From NCBI GenBank assembly GCA_965262115.1, contig OZ253496.1, positions 224,001 through 288,000 on the forward strand: a stretch of DNA of 64,000 nucleotides. The letters run 5' to 3'. Positions 20,166 to 30,729 of the stretch are shown one piece after another. The first letter of the stretch is position 1; each line of letters starts with the position of its first letter. The notes under the pieces were generated by a model. It saw only the letters and a program-made list of their open reading frames with translations, did not search any database and was not told where the DNA came from. This DNA comes from Nitrospinales bacterium. GTDB taxonomy: Bacteria; Nitrospinota; Nitrospinia; Nitrospinales; VA-1. A program made the translations under genes and the position numbers.

Positions 20166-20702
20166 ATGAGTTCAACACTTCTAAATACAAAAGATATTTC
20201 CCGCGCAGTCAGCCGCATATCTCATGAAATTCTGGAACGCAATCATGGTGCCGGAAACATAGCCCTGGTAGGAATTCGAACCCGTGGTGTTGTCCTGTCC
20301 CAGAGGCTGAAGGAGAAAATAAAGGAAATAGAGAATGTGACGGTTGACCACGGGGTTCTGGACATCACGCTTTACAGGGACGATCTGGCAGTAGGAATTC
20401 ATAAACCAGAATTGAAAAAAACTGACATTTCTTTTGCTCTGGAAGACAAGCACATCATTCTCTGTGATGATGTTTTGTTTACCGGAAGAACGATTCGCGC
20501 AGCTATTGATGCCCTCATGGATTTCGGGCGTCCCTCTTCTGTCCAATTAGCGGTGTTGATAGACCGGGGTCATCGAGAATTGCCGATCAGGCCAGATTAT
20601 GTAGGCAAAAATATTCCCACGGCCAAGTCGAAACGCGTTCAGGTTCTATTTAATGAGGAGGATGGTGAAGACAAGGTAATTATTCAGGAGCAGTCCAACT
20701 GA
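20166..20702 (+). CDS. pyrR: Pyrimidine operon regulator / uracil phosphoribosyltransferase
   Basis: GIRTRG, DITLYRDD, DDVLFTGRT, DRGHRELPIRPDYVGKN. Confidence 0.97.
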   Translation: MSSTLLNTKDISRAVSRISHEILERNHGAGNIALVGIRTRGVVLSQRLKEKIKEIENVTVDHGVLDITLYRDDLAVGIHKPELKKTDISFALEDKHIILCDDVLFTGRTIRAAIDALMDFGRPSSVQLAVLIDRGHRELPIRPDYVGKNIPTAKSKRVQVLFNEEDGEDKVIIQEQSN

Positions 20703-21637
20703 TGCTTCTTTCAACTAAAAGCATATTAGACACAAAAGAATTGACGAAGCAGGATATCCAGCAAATTCTGGATACCGCAGAATCTTTTAAAGAAATATCT
20801 ACCCGTGCCATAAAAAAAGTTCCCACCCTTAGAGGCAAAACCATCATCAATCTATTTTTTGAGCCCAGTACTAGAACCAGAACTTCATTCGAGATTGCCG
20901 GAAAGCGTTTGAGTGCTGATGTGATAAATATATCCGGCTCTACGAGCAGTACCGTAAAAGGGGAAAACTTGATTGACACGGCTCGAAACCTGGAAGCGAT
21001 GAATCCGGATATACTGGTGGTTCGGCATCATTGTTCAGGCGCTCCTGCACTGTTGTCACAATTTGTGAACAGCCCGATCATCAACGCCGGCGATGGGTCG
21101 CATGAACATCCCAGTCAAGCATTGCTGGACCTTTTGACAATCCGCTCTCATAAGGGAGATTTGGAAGGCCTCAAAGTTGCGATTGTTGGCGACATCAATC
21201 ATAGCCGGGTGGCTCGTTCCAATATTAAGGCTATGCAAACCATGGGTATGAAAGTCCGCGTTGTTGGCCCTCCACCACTTATTCCTGTTGGTATGGAGCG
21301 TCTAGGTGTGGAGGTGAGCCACAATCTTTCTGAAGCCATTAAGGATGTGGATGTAGTCATGGTTCTTCGTATCCAGTTGGAACGGCAAAACCAGGGACTC
21401 CTGTCAAGCCTGCGGGAATACTCAAACTATTTTTGTCTGACTTCTGAAACTCTGGCTAAAGCGCGTGATGATATTCTCATAATTCATCCTGGGCCGGTCA
21501 ATAGAGGGATAGAAATTGCCCTGGATGTGATGGAGGGGCCCCGCTCTCTAATATTGAATCAGGTTACTAATGGGGTTGCTATCAGAATGGCTCTTTTTTA
21601 TTTATTATTGGGGGAGAATAATGCAAACCCTAATTAA
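20702..21637 (+). CDS. pyrB: Aspartate carbamoyltransferase catalytic subunit
   Basis: FEPSTRT, NAGDG.HEHPSQ, HPGPVNRG. Confidence 0.97.
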   Translation: MLLSTKSILDTKELTKQDIQQILDTAESFKEISTRAIKKVPTLRGKTIINLFFEPSTRTRTSFEIAGKRLSADVINISGSTSSTVKGENLIDTARNLEAMNPDILVVRHHCSGAPALLSQFVNSPIINAGDGSHEHPSQALLDLLTIRSHKGDLEGLKVAIVGDINHSRVARSNIKAMQTMGMKVRVVGPPPLIPVGMERLGVEVSHNLSEAIKDVDVVMVLRIQLERQNQGLLSSLREYSNYFCLTSETLAKARDDILIIHPGPVNRGIEIALDVMEGPRSLILNQVTNGVAIRMALFYLLLGENNANPN

Positions 21638-22916
21638 AAATGGCCAGGTCATTGACCCTGCAAACCAGATCGACGGTTCCTTTGATATTCTGATCAACAA
21701 CAGAAAAATCGAAGCTGTTGCGCCTCGGGGGAAAGTTCCTGCAAGTAAAATAAAAGATGCTCAAGTCATAGACGCAAAAGATTGTGTGGTTGCTCCGGGT
21801 TTCTGTGATATGCACGTGCATTTCAGGGAGCCGGGTCATGAATATAAAGAGACGATCGAAACCGGTAGTGCCTCGGCGGCGGCTGGAGGGTTTTCCACCG
21901 TAGCGGTTATGCCCAATACATCACCCGTCAACGATAGCCGCTCGGTTACAGAATTGATCTTCTCCAAGGCCAAGAAAACAGGCTTGGTCAATGTTCTTCC
22001 CATTGGAGCGATCACCAGGGGTTTAAAAGGTGAAACCTTGTCGGATATGGGCGAGTTAAAAGAATCTGGATGCATTGGTTATTCTGATGATGGAAAACCT
22101 GTCATGGATAGTGAACTGATGCGGAGGGCATTAGAATACAGCCGAATGTTTGACCTCCCATGCATACAGCACAGTGAAATCCTGGATTTGACGCGCGGGG
22201 GGAGCATGAATGAGGGCATTGTCTCTACAGAATTGGGATTAAAAGGAATGCCGGTTGAAGCAGAAGACATCATGGTGTTTCGCGATATTTGCTTGCTCCA
22301 AAAAACAGGTGGGCGACTTCATGTGGCGCATATAAGCAGTGGTGGGGCTGTGGATTTGGTTCGCCAGGCCAAGGCCAAAGGTCTTCCTGTTACTTGCGAA
22401 GTTGCTCCGCATCATTTCACCCTCACGGAAGAAGCCTGCCGCAATTATGATACCAACGCAAAAATGAGCCCTCCGCTGAGAACCGATGAGGATATGGAGC
22501 TGATTAAGGAAGGTTTGAGAGATGGAACCATAGATATGATTGCTACAGATCACGCTCCCCATGATCTTGCCGACAAACAAGTGGAGTTCAGCAATGCTTG
22601 TTTTGGAATCGTTGGTCTGGAGACCGCTCTTTCCCTGACGCTTAAATTAGTCGATGAAAAAGTAATCACATTGCAAAAAGCGGTGGATCTTCTCACCCAA
22701 CAGCCTTGCCGTGTTTTCAATTTAAATAAAGGAACTCTAGGGGTTGGAAAAGATGCGGACATTGTTATTGTTAATCCCGATACCCAGTACACCATAGACC
22801 CTGCAAAGTTTAAGTCTCGCAGTAAAAATTCCCCTTACAAGGGATGGAAGGTAAGAGGCAAAGTCCTTCATACCCTGGTGGCGGGGAAAACCGTATATTC
22901 TGCCCATAGTGAATGA
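21621..22916 (+). CDS. pyrC: Dihydroorotase
   Basis: DMHVHFREPG, MPNT, ATDHAPH; GGAG RBS before ATG at 21621. Confidence 0.95.
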   Translation: MQTLIKNGQVIDPANQIDGSFDILINNRKIEAVAPRGKVPASKIKDAQVIDAKDCVVAPGFCDMHVHFREPGHEYKETIETGSASAAAGGFSTVAVMPNTSPVNDSRSVTELIFSKAKKTGLVNVLPIGAITRGLKGETLSDMGELKESGCIGYSDDGKPVMDSELMRRALEYSRMFDLPCIQHSEILDLTRGGSMNEGIVSTELGLKGMPVEAEDIMVFRDICLLQKTGGRLHVAHISSGGAVDLVRQAKAKGLPVTCEVAPHHFTLTEEACRNYDTNAKMSPPLRTDEDMELIKEGLRDGTIDMIATDHAPHDLADKQVEFSNACFGIVGLETALSLTLKLVDEKVITLQKAVDLLTQQPCRVFNLNKGTLGVGKDADIVIVNPDTQYTIDPAKFKSRSKNSPYKGWKVRGKVLHTLVAGKTVYSAHSE

Positions 22917-22938
22917 ACATAGATCGAATTCCTGAAAA

Positions 22939-24066
22939 ATGAAGAAAGCATATTTAGCTCTGGCCGATGGAAAAGTCTTTGAAGGTGACCATTTTGGAGC
23001 CGAAGGAGAAGCTGACGCAGAAATTGTGTTCAATACCTGCATGTCCGGTTATCAGGAAGTACTCACCGACCCTTCCTATTGTGGTCAAATGGTGCTGATG
23101 ACCTATCCGCTTATTGGCAATTATGGCATCAACCCTCAGGACTTTGAGTCGGACCGCCCTCACCTTTCCGGTTTCATCATTAAAGAATTGAGTGGCATCG
23201 CCAGTAATTGGAGATCAAGAGAAACGCTGGATGAATTATTGAAAAAATTTGGCATCATTGGTATTCAAGGAATCGATACGCGTGCTTTGACCCGGCGTAT
23301 TCGTGAAAAAGGGGCTCAACAGGCAGTGCTGTCCACGGTACCCCAAGACCCAATAGAACTGGTTCGTAAGGCGCAGAATTCGTCAGGGTTAGTGGGCAAG
23401 GACCTGGTGAAAGAAGTGACTTGTCAGGAAGCCTATGACTGGGAGGAAGGAGAATGGGAAATTCTTGACGGCAAAACCTCTCTCAAGCCCGCGGTGGATA
23501 AAAAGAGCTTCGTGGTTGCCTACGATTTCGGAATAAAGAGGAATATATTAAGAAAGCTTGCGGATGCCGGTTGCCGTGTTCGTGTTGTTCCTGCATCTAC
23601 TCCGGCCAAAGAAGTGCTGGCTTTAAATCCGGGCGGCGTATTCTTGTCCAATGGACCGGGCGATCCAGCAGGTGTTCCCTATGCCATTAACAATATTAAA
23701 TTTCTCCTGGGTAAAGTTCCAATTTTTGGTATTTGTCTGGGACACCAAATTCTTAACCTGGCCTTAAACGGAAAAACATTCAAACTTCGGTTTGGGCATC
23801 ATGGAGGAAATCAGCCCGTAATGGATATCCCCTCGGGGAAAGTAGAAATCACTTCCCAGAATCACGGGTTTGCCGTTACCCATGATTCTGTTGAGTCTTC
23901 CATAGATGTGACGTCGGTCAATTTAAATGATCAAACAATTGAAGGCATTCGCCATAAAGAGTGGCCCGTTTTTTCCGTTCAGTATCATCCTGAAGCCTCG
24001 CCGGGGCCACATGATTCCAGCCATCTTTTTCAACAATTCACACAACTCATGAAAGTGGGAGATTGA
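22939..24066 (+). CDS. carA: Carbamoyl-phosphate synthase small subunit
   Basis: [26 protein letters not shown]. Confidence 0.97.
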   Translation: MKKAYLALADGKVFEGDHFGAEGEADAEIVFNTCMSGYQEVLTDPSYCGQMVLMTYPLIGNYGINPQDFESDRPHLSGFIIKELSGIASNWRSRETLDELLKKFGIIGIQGIDTRALTRRIREKGAQQAVLSTVPQDPIELVRKAQNSSGLVGKDLVKEVTCQEAYDWEEGEWEILDGKTSLKPAVDKKSFVVAYDFGIKRNILRKLADAGCRVRVVPASTPAKEVLALNPGGVFLSNGPGDPAGVPYAINNIKFLLGKVPIFGICLGHQILNLALNGKTFKLRFGHHGGNQPVMDIPSGKVEITSQNHGFAVTHDSVESSIDVTSVNLNDQTIEGIRHKEWPVFSVQYHPEASPGPHDSSHLFQQFTQLMKVGD

Positions 24067-24941
24067 TGCTCAAGGAAAATTTAGAGCAACTTTTCGAATT
24101 TATTGCCCAGCATATTCCCTCTGAACAAATCATGGAGGCAAAAAAAGAATACCAGAAGACCACTGGGAAAATCTACGAGGATGACAAGTCATACAATACG
24201 CGAATGGCCCTGTTTCTGGAATGGTACCTGCTAGATAATTATGTATCGGGGACTCACAACACTATCCTGGAAAATATAATTGAGGGAAACCAATCTGCAT
24301 GGACTCCTGACCGCCTGGAAATTTGCAAAAACATCTCCAATAATATTCAGGCACTTTTTGAGGTTAAAAAAGTTCGCGACAACTCGGTAACGGTTTTAGA
24401 TCTATTCAAAGATGAAAGGCACATGATTGCTGAGGAAGATTCAAAATTGGTATTTAGAAAAAATGATATTTTTCAAGGCCGGATTGTCCCTCATCAAGGC
24501 AAGTGGCATTTTACAGGATACTTCTGCTTTCACCCCAGTAAAACCCACCGATACATAAGAGGTGAAGTAAAAAAATTCTTTTTGCTCCAGAAATCCTGGG
24601 GAAAAGAACTTGCTGGTCTTGAAAAAGAATTATTAAAAAAGCAAAAAGGCTCTTTGAAAAATTCTAAATATATTGAAAAAATTAAAAGTAAAATCGAGCG
24701 CAGGGATTTTGACGCAAAGAAAGAGAGGTTAATAAAGGAACTATTGGCTCTGGAAGAAAATAGCAAAGAAATTGAAACCAGGACTCAGGAAACGGACAGA
24801 AAAATTGACCAGTTAAAAATTGAAACAATAAAGCTTGAAGGAAGAAGGTTGATTTCAGAATTGATCAATCGATTGGCTTATATGAATTTAAAGTGGGAAC
24901 GCTCCCGGCAAATAGAAATTTCTGATATTTATAAAAACTAA
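24063..24941 (+). CDS. Hypothetical protein with C-terminal coiled coil, between carA and carB
   Basis: 292-aa ORF overlapping both the carA stop and the carB start. Confidence 0.8.
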   Translation: MMLKENLEQLFEFIAQHIPSEQIMEAKKEYQKTTGKIYEDDKSYNTRMALFLEWYLLDNYVSGTHNTILENIIEGNQSAWTPDRLEICKNISNNIQALFEVKKVRDNSVTVLDLFKDERHMIAEEDSKLVFRKNDIFQGRIVPHQGKWHFTGYFCFHPSKTHRYIRGEVKKFFLLQKSWGKELAGLEKELLKKQKGSLKNSKYIEKIKSKIERRDFDAKKERLIKELLALEENSKEIETRTQETDRKIDQLKIETIKLEGRRLISELINRLAYMNLKWERSRQIEISDIYKN

Positions 24942-27900
24942 TGCCCAAACGAACGGATATAAAAAAAATTCTTCTCATTGGGGCTGGCCCCATTGTTATC
25001 GGCCAGGCTTGCGAATTTGACTATTCAGGGACCCAGGCCTGCAAATCGCTAAAAGAAGAGGGTTATGAAATCATTTTGGTAAATAGCAATCCTGCCACCA
25101 TTATGACTGACCCTGAGTTTGCGGACCGCACTTATATAGAGCCGGTCACTCCCGAGGTGGTTGAAAAAATTATTGCGCGTGACAGACCGGATGCTTTACT
25201 TCCAACAATGGGCGGTCAGACTGCCTTGAATGTGGCTTTGGCTCTTGCTGAAGGTGGAGTTCTGGAAAAATATAGTGTGGAAATGATTGGTGCCGATGTT
25301 GACACCATCAACAAAGCCGAGGATCGAAATCTTTTCAAAGAAGCCATGTTTCGCATCGGGCAGAAAGTTCCACCCAGCGGACATGCCGAATCGTTGGAGG
25401 AGGCTTGGAAGATTGTTGAGGATACGGGCTTTCCTGCCATCATCCGTCCGTCCTTCACATTAGGGGGAACAGGAGGGAGTGTCGCCTATTCCAAGGATGA
25501 TTTTGGGACACTGGTTGAGTTTGCGCTTAAAGCAAGCCCTGCCACTCAGGTGCTGATCGAAAAATCTCTCATTGGCTGGAAAGAGTATGAATTGGAAGTA
25601 ATGCGGGATCTGAAAGACAATGTGGTCATAATCTGCTCAATAGAAAACCTGGACCCCATGGGTATTCATACTGGTGACAGTATAACAGTGGCCCCCGCTC
25701 AGACGCTTACCGACAGAGAATATCAAATAATGCGAAACGCAGCGATCGACATTATCCGTGAAATTGGTGTAGAGACGGGCGGCTCCAATATCCAGTTTGC
25801 CGTCGATCCCGAGACTGGAGAGATGATAGTCATCGAGATGAATCCGAGGGTATCCAGAAGTTCGGCTTTGGCATCCAAGGCTACCGGTTTTCCCATTGCA
25901 AAATTTGCAGCAAAATTAGCGGTGGGCTATTCTTTGGATGAAATTAAGAATGATATTACACGGGTCACTCCGGCTTCTTTTGAACCGACCCTGGATTATT
26001 GTGTGGTTAAAATTCCACGTTTCACGTTTGAGAAATTTTTAAAAACTGAACCTATTTTGTCGACACAAATGAAATCGGTTGGTGAGGTCATGTCCATTGG
26101 TCGTACTTTCAAAGAAGCCCTGCAGAAATCTATCCGATCCATAGAAACCGGGCTTTATGGTTTTGAGGAGAATTTCCGTTTCAGTCTGAACCAGATTGGT
26201 TTGTCCCCGGAACAACAAAAAGAAAAACTTCTGGCTGCTCTGATTCTGCCATTTTCAGATAGGCTTTGGCATGTTGCCGCCGCTTTGCGAAGGGATATCT
26301 CCATCGACCAAATCCACCAGATTACGGGCATTGATCCCTGGTTTCTCGATAATATCGATTGCCTCATCAGTTTTGAGAAAGAAATAATACAATTGGATGA
26401 AGTTTCTAACTTGGATGATGAAACCCTTTTAAGTGCAAAGAAAATGGGTTTTTCTGACATCTATCTGGCAAGGCTTCTAAATTGTAATGAAAAGGATATT
26501 TTTCATCGTCGAACTGAGGCGGAGATCTATCCCGTCTTTAAGAGAGTGGATACCTGTGGAGCCGAGTTCGAGGCTTTTACGCCCTATTTGTACTCCACCT
26601 ATGAGGAGGAGTGCGAAGCAGATGTGACTGCAAGAAAAAAAATCATGATTCTTGGTGGGGGTCCCAACAGAATTGGACAGGGGATCGAGTTTGACTATTG
26701 CTGTGTTCATGCGTCTTTTGCTCTTAAAGAAGATGGTTATGAAACGATTATGGTCAATTGCAATCCGGAAACCGTGAGTACCGATTACGACACCTCCGAC
26801 AGGCTTTATTTTGAGCCTGTGACCTTCGAAGATGTCATGAATATCGTAAGGGTGGAAAAACCGGATGGTGTGATTGTTCAATTTGGAGGTCAAACTCCGC
26901 TGAAACTGGCGCTGGATTTGAAGAATGCTGGAGTGCCTATTATCGGGACAAACCCCGTCGATATTGATCGCGCTGAAAATAGAAAACTATTTAAAGAAGT
27001 TTTGGAAAAACTGGGACTCCGCCAACCTGCGAATGGAACCGCTGTTTCCTATCAGGAAGCCCGTGAAATTGCTGACGAAATTGGCTATCCAGTGGTCGTC
27101 CGCCCTTCTTATGTATTGGGTGGCCGGGCTATGGAAATTGTTTATAGCCAGGATCGCCTGGAATATTATATGCAACATGCGGTCAATGCATCTCCCGAGC
27201 ATCCAGTGCTTGTCGACGACTTCCTGGAAGACGCCATAGAAATAGATGTGGATGCCATTTATGATGGACAGGATGTAGTGATTGGTGGGGTGATGGAGCA
27301 TATCGAAGAGGCTGGAATACATTCTGGTGATAGTGCTTGTTCCCTGCCCACATTTTCCCTTTCATCCACAACGATTAATGAAATAAAAATACAAACCTGC
27401 GCACTGGCACGGGAACTTAAGGTTATCGGATTGATTAATATTCAATTCGCAGTTAAGGATGAAGCTGTTTATATTATTGAAGTGAATCCGCGCGCTTCGC
27501 GTACAATTCCTTTTGTGAGTAAAACTATCGGGGTTCCTTTGGCAAAAATTGCCGCCAGAGTTATGGCCGGAAAAAGCTTGCAGGAATTAGGTTTTACCGA
27601 GGAAATTTCCTTTCCTCATATCGCTGTGAAGGAGTCCGTCTTTCCATTTAATAAATTTCAGGATGTAGATGTCTTGTTAGGTCCTGAAATGAAGTCCACC
27701 GGCGAGGTTATGGGAATTGATACTCTTTTTGGCCGGGCTTTTGCGAAATCTCAATTGGCAACTGGGGTTAAACTCCCCTTGGAGGGCACTGCTTTTATCA
27801 GTGTTAAGGATTCTGACAAACCAAAAACCGTTGCTATTGGCAAAAGACTTCAGAAGTTGAGCTACAAAATAATCGCGACACGCGGCACTGCCGATTATCT

Positions 27901-28183
27901 GGAAAAAAATGGGGTTAAAGTATCACCCATCAATAAAGTTAAGGAAGGCTCCCCGCATATTGTAGAAGCCATTGAGGCAAAACAGGTCGATATTGTTATC
28001 AACACAGTATTTGGCGAACAGTCGATCAAGGATTCATTTTCCCTACGGCGAAGCTCGCTGAACCTGAATTTACCCTATTGCACGACTATAGCGGGAGCAT
28101 CGGCTCTAATGGGTGCTTTGAAATGTATCACGGAGAATGATCTAACGATTACCTCCATACAGGAGTATGGGGCGACATCTTGA
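24941..28183 (+). CDS. carB: Carbamoyl-phosphate synthase large subunit
   Basis: [21 protein letters not shown], two ATP-grasp halves, MGS domain. Confidence 0.98.
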   Translation: MPKRTDIKKILLIGAGPIVIGQACEFDYSGTQACKSLKEEGYEIILVNSNPATIMTDPEFADRTYIEPVTPEVVEKIIARDRPDALLPTMGGQTALNVALALAEGGVLEKYSVEMIGADVDTINKAEDRNLFKEAMFRIGQKVPPSGHAESLEEAWKIVEDTGFPAIIRPSFTLGGTGGSVAYSKDDFGTLVEFALKASPATQVLIEKSLIGWKEYELEVMRDLKDNVVIICSIENLDPMGIHTGDSITVAPAQTLTDREYQIMRNAAIDIIREIGVETGGSNIQFAVDPETGEMIVIEMNPRVSRSSALASKATGFPIAKFAAKLAVGYSLDEIKNDITRVTPASFEPTLDYCVVKIPRFTFEKFLKTEPILSTQMKSVGEVMSIGRTFKEALQKSIRSIETGLYGFEENFRFSLNQIGLSPEQQKEKLLAALILPFSDRLWHVAAALRRDISIDQIHQITGIDPWFLDNIDCLISFEKEIIQLDEVSNLDDETLLSAKKMGFSDIYLARLLNCNEKDIFHRRTEAEIYPVFKRVDTCGAEFEAFTPYLYSTYEEECEADVTARKKIMILGGGPNRIGQGIEFDYCCVHASFALKEDGYETIMVNCNPETVSTDYDTSDRLYFEPVTFEDVMNIVRVEKPDGVIVQFGGQTPLKLALDLKNAGVPIIGTNPVDIDRAENRKLFKEVLEKLGLRQPANGTAVSYQEAREIADEIGYPVVVRPSYVLGGRAMEIVYSQDRLEYYMQHAVNASPEHPVLVDDFLEDAIEIDVDAIYDGQDVVIGGVMEHIEEAGIHSGDSACSLPTFSLSSTTINEIKIQTCALARELKVIGLINIQFAVKDEAVYIIEVNPRASRTIPFVSKTIGVPLAKIAARVMAGKSLQELGFTEEISFPHIAVKESVFPFNKFQDVDVLLGPEMKSTGEVMGIDTLFGRAFAKSQLATGVKLPLEGTAFISVKDSDKPKTVAIGKRLQKLSYKIIATRGTADYLEKNGVKVSPINKVKEGSPHIVEAIEAKQVDIVINTVFGEQSIKDSFSLRRSSLNLNLPYCTTIAGASALMGALKCITENDLTITSIQEYGATS

Positions 28184-28373
28184 ATTTACTTCTGTCAGTT
28201 TACCTTTCTACCGACACCAAGAGTTGCACTTACAACTTGAATTCAAGAATAATTTCAGCCAAATTTTATTTTTCATGGGTTTTATGGATTTTAAAAGGCT
28301 TAAGTTATATTACATATCGACAGATTCCCTTAAATCTATATCCCCATTCCGGAAATTTTTAATCTGAGACGAT

Positions 28374-29168
28374 GTGAACTTCTTATCTCATTACTTGACC
28401 CAACCTTTTTCAACCAGTACAATCCATCGGATGAAAAATGCTACTCCCATAATTATGTTGCTTGCCATGTTTTTCTTTCCTCATGTCCTTTTTGGTGCGG
28501 AGCCACCCTCGGATATGGTCCGAATCCAAGCTGGGTGCTTCATTATGGGTACCAATGACAACTATCTATATGAAGATTATGATGACAACACCAGGGAAAA
28601 ACCAGCCCATAAGGTATGCCTGGATGCATTTTATATGGACCGATTTGAGGTCACGCAACAGAAATGGGATGCAGTGATGAAAATGAATCGTTCTGTTTTC
28701 CACAATCCGGAACAACCTATTACGCATATGGACTGGCAGGAAGCGCAAAAATACTGCCAAAAAGTGGGTCGAAGACTCCCGACAGAGGCGGAGTGGGAGT
28801 ATTCTGCTCGTGCCGGGAGCCAGGCCCGTTTCCCTTGGGGGAACGAGATCGACGATGACTATCTTTGGTATGCAGGAAACTCACCTCGGAAACCTGCAAG
28901 TGTTGGCAAAAAAAAGCCCAATGCATGGGGGCTCTACGACATGGTTGGCGGGGTTTGGGAATGGGTGGAGGACTGGTTTTCCCTCCACTATTACCAAAAT
29001 AGCCCGGCGAAAAATCCCGCAGGTCCCCCTCGTCAAAGTTTTAGGGTTATTCGAGGTAATTCATGGATGAGCGAAGAACAACATTTGCGTATTACGGCCC
29101 GTCATCGGGGCATGTCTGATCCGACTGAATCCTATTGGGTGGGTGTCCGGTGTGCAATGTCTCCCTGA
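28374..29168 (+). CDS. Formylglycine-generating-enzyme (SUMF1/FGE-sulfatase) family secreted protein
   Basis: RLPTEAEWEY, NAWGLYDMVGGVWEW, GVRC; signal peptide; likely start near 28431. Confidence 0.88.
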   Translation: MNFLSHYLTQPFSTSTIHRMKNATPIIMLLAMFFFPHVLFGAEPPSDMVRIQAGCFIMGTNDNYLYEDYDDNTREKPAHKVCLDAFYMDRFEVTQQKWDAVMKMNRSVFHNPEQPITHMDWQEAQKYCQKVGRRLPTEAEWEYSARAGSQARFPWGNEIDDDYLWYAGNSPRKPASVGKKKPNAWGLYDMVGGVWEWVEDWFSLHYYQNSPAKNPAGPPRQSFRVIRGNSWMSEEQHLRITARHRGMSDPTESYWVGVRCAMSP

Positions 29169-29179
29169 AGGGCTAGAAA

Positions 29180-29815
29180 ATTAATAAGTCTAATATAAAC
29201 CGCCTATACCAAAAGCTTGCCAGAAACCTTTCTGAAGCAAAATCGGAGCTCGTATTCAAAAATCATTTTGAGCTTCTGATTGCGGTCATTTTAAGCGCCC
29301 AATCGACAGATCGAACAGTCAATAAAGTTACGCCCACCCTTTTTTCCTCATGCCCCACACCAGTCGAAATGCTGGCTCTGGGGCAGTCCAGGCTTGCAGG
29401 AATCATCAAACCCATAGGATTGGCCCCGGCTAAATCTAAAAATATTATAAACACCTGTAAAATTCTCATGGAGAAACATGATGGGCAGGTTCCTGGGTCC
29501 CGGGAAGAGTTGGAGCATCTGCCAGGCGTAGGCCGCAAAACAGCTAATGTAGTGTTGAATGAAGGATTCGACAAGCCTACAATCGCTGTAGACACTCATG
29601 TTTTTCGGGTCGCAAACCGAACGGGATTAGCCTACGGAAAAACTGTATTGGCGACCGAATTAAAACTTTTAGAGGTCACTCCTGAGAAATGGTTGAAAAA
29701 TGCCCATCGTTATCTAATTCTCCATGGAAGATACACCTGCACGGCCAAGAATTTTGATTGCCAAAAATGTGTTATTGAAAAGGAATGTGGTTTTACTGAA
29801 AAAACGGCCGTTTAA
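29180..29815 (+). CDS. nth: Endonuclease III
   Basis: Frame open from 29177 with FELLIAVILSAQSTD, LPGVGRKTANVV, VDTH and a C-terminal 4-Cys Fe-S motif; apparent ATT start at 29180. Confidence 0.92.
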   Translation: MNKSNINRLYQKLARNLSEAKSELVFKNHFELLIAVILSAQSTDRTVNKVTPTLFSSCPTPVEMLALGQSRLAGIIKPIGLAPAKSKNIINTCKILMEKHDGQVPGSREELEHLPGVGRKTANVVLNEGFDKPTIAVDTHVFRVANRTGLAYGKTVLATELKLLEVTPEKWLKNAHRYLILHGRYTCTAKNFDCQKCVIEKECGFTEKTAV

Positions 29816-29823
29816 AAAAAGTC

Positions 29824-30726
29824 ATGAATTCTCCGCTGAATAATGTTGAAATAATTTTTAACAGAATAGGCAAGCAGTTGTCTGCTGAAAATGGGTTTGC
29901 CGCAAACCATTCTTTAGAAACACCGGATAAGAAATATTCTCTGGTTAAATTTATTCTGGGAGGAGGAAATCGGCTTAAGGCATTGATCTCAGCAGGAATT
30001 CATGGTGATGAGCCCGGGGGTGTGGAGGCCATCTGTGCTTTTCTTGAAAACAACCAGTTTGAAAAATTTGCAGATGAATGGGAGTTAACCTTTTTGCCCT
30101 GCCTGAACCCTTATGGCTATGAATATGGATCCAGGGAGAACCATGAAGGTAAAGACCTGAATCGACTATTCAAACATGATGCCCCGCCTTATGAAGTAGA
30201 GCTTTGCATAACCCGAGATTCTTCATCGCGTACGCTCTTCAGAATGACAAAATAGCTCTTTATTGTCATGCTGAGCTTGTCGAAGCATCTCGCTTTTCAG
30301 GTTTTTCGACTTATGCAAAGGTCTCCTTATGAAGTAGCATTTGCGAAATCTATTTTTGACAAATCTTATGATCTGACAATTGAGCTTCATGAAGACTTCA
30401 TGAGTCCCGGATACTATCTGTATCAAAAGGGTACCCATCCAGAGGATGATCATTTGGGTAAAAAAATCATACAAACCGCAAAGGACATCATGCCGATAAA
30501 TCTAAATAGAGAAATAGATGGTCGCTCTGCGCAAGAAGGAATTATGGTTCAGGAAACCGATTTCAAGTCCATGGATTGGTGGCCCATGGCTTTATATTCG
30601 TTCTTCAAAGGAACTAGAAGGTGCCTGACATTAGAAACCGCTACCAGCTTTTCGATGGATGTGCGGGTAGAGGCCCATTTAGTGGCTATTGATACAGCGT
30701 TGAATTATTTTTCCAGGAAAAAATAA
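29824..30726 (+). pseudogene. M14-type metallopeptidase / succinylglutamate desuccinylase-aspartoacylase family, interrupted by a MITE
   Basis: AGIHGDE, LNPYG, DLNR, LHED, LET; removing the MITE and one TSD copy restores ...DAPPYEVAFAKS... (254 aa). Confidence 0.85.
30198..30324. mobile_element. 127-bp MITE with 14-bp TIRs and an 11-bp target-site duplication
   Basis: AGAGCTTTGCATAA...TTATGCAAAGGTCT (1 mismatch); CCTTATGAAGT duplicated at 30187-97 and 30325-35; second copy at 61048. Confidence 0.92.
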
Positions 30727-30729
30727 AAC

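Noticed and set aside
30223..30474. 83-aa minus-strand ORF
   Set aside because: Antisense to the peptidase and partly translated MITE sequence.
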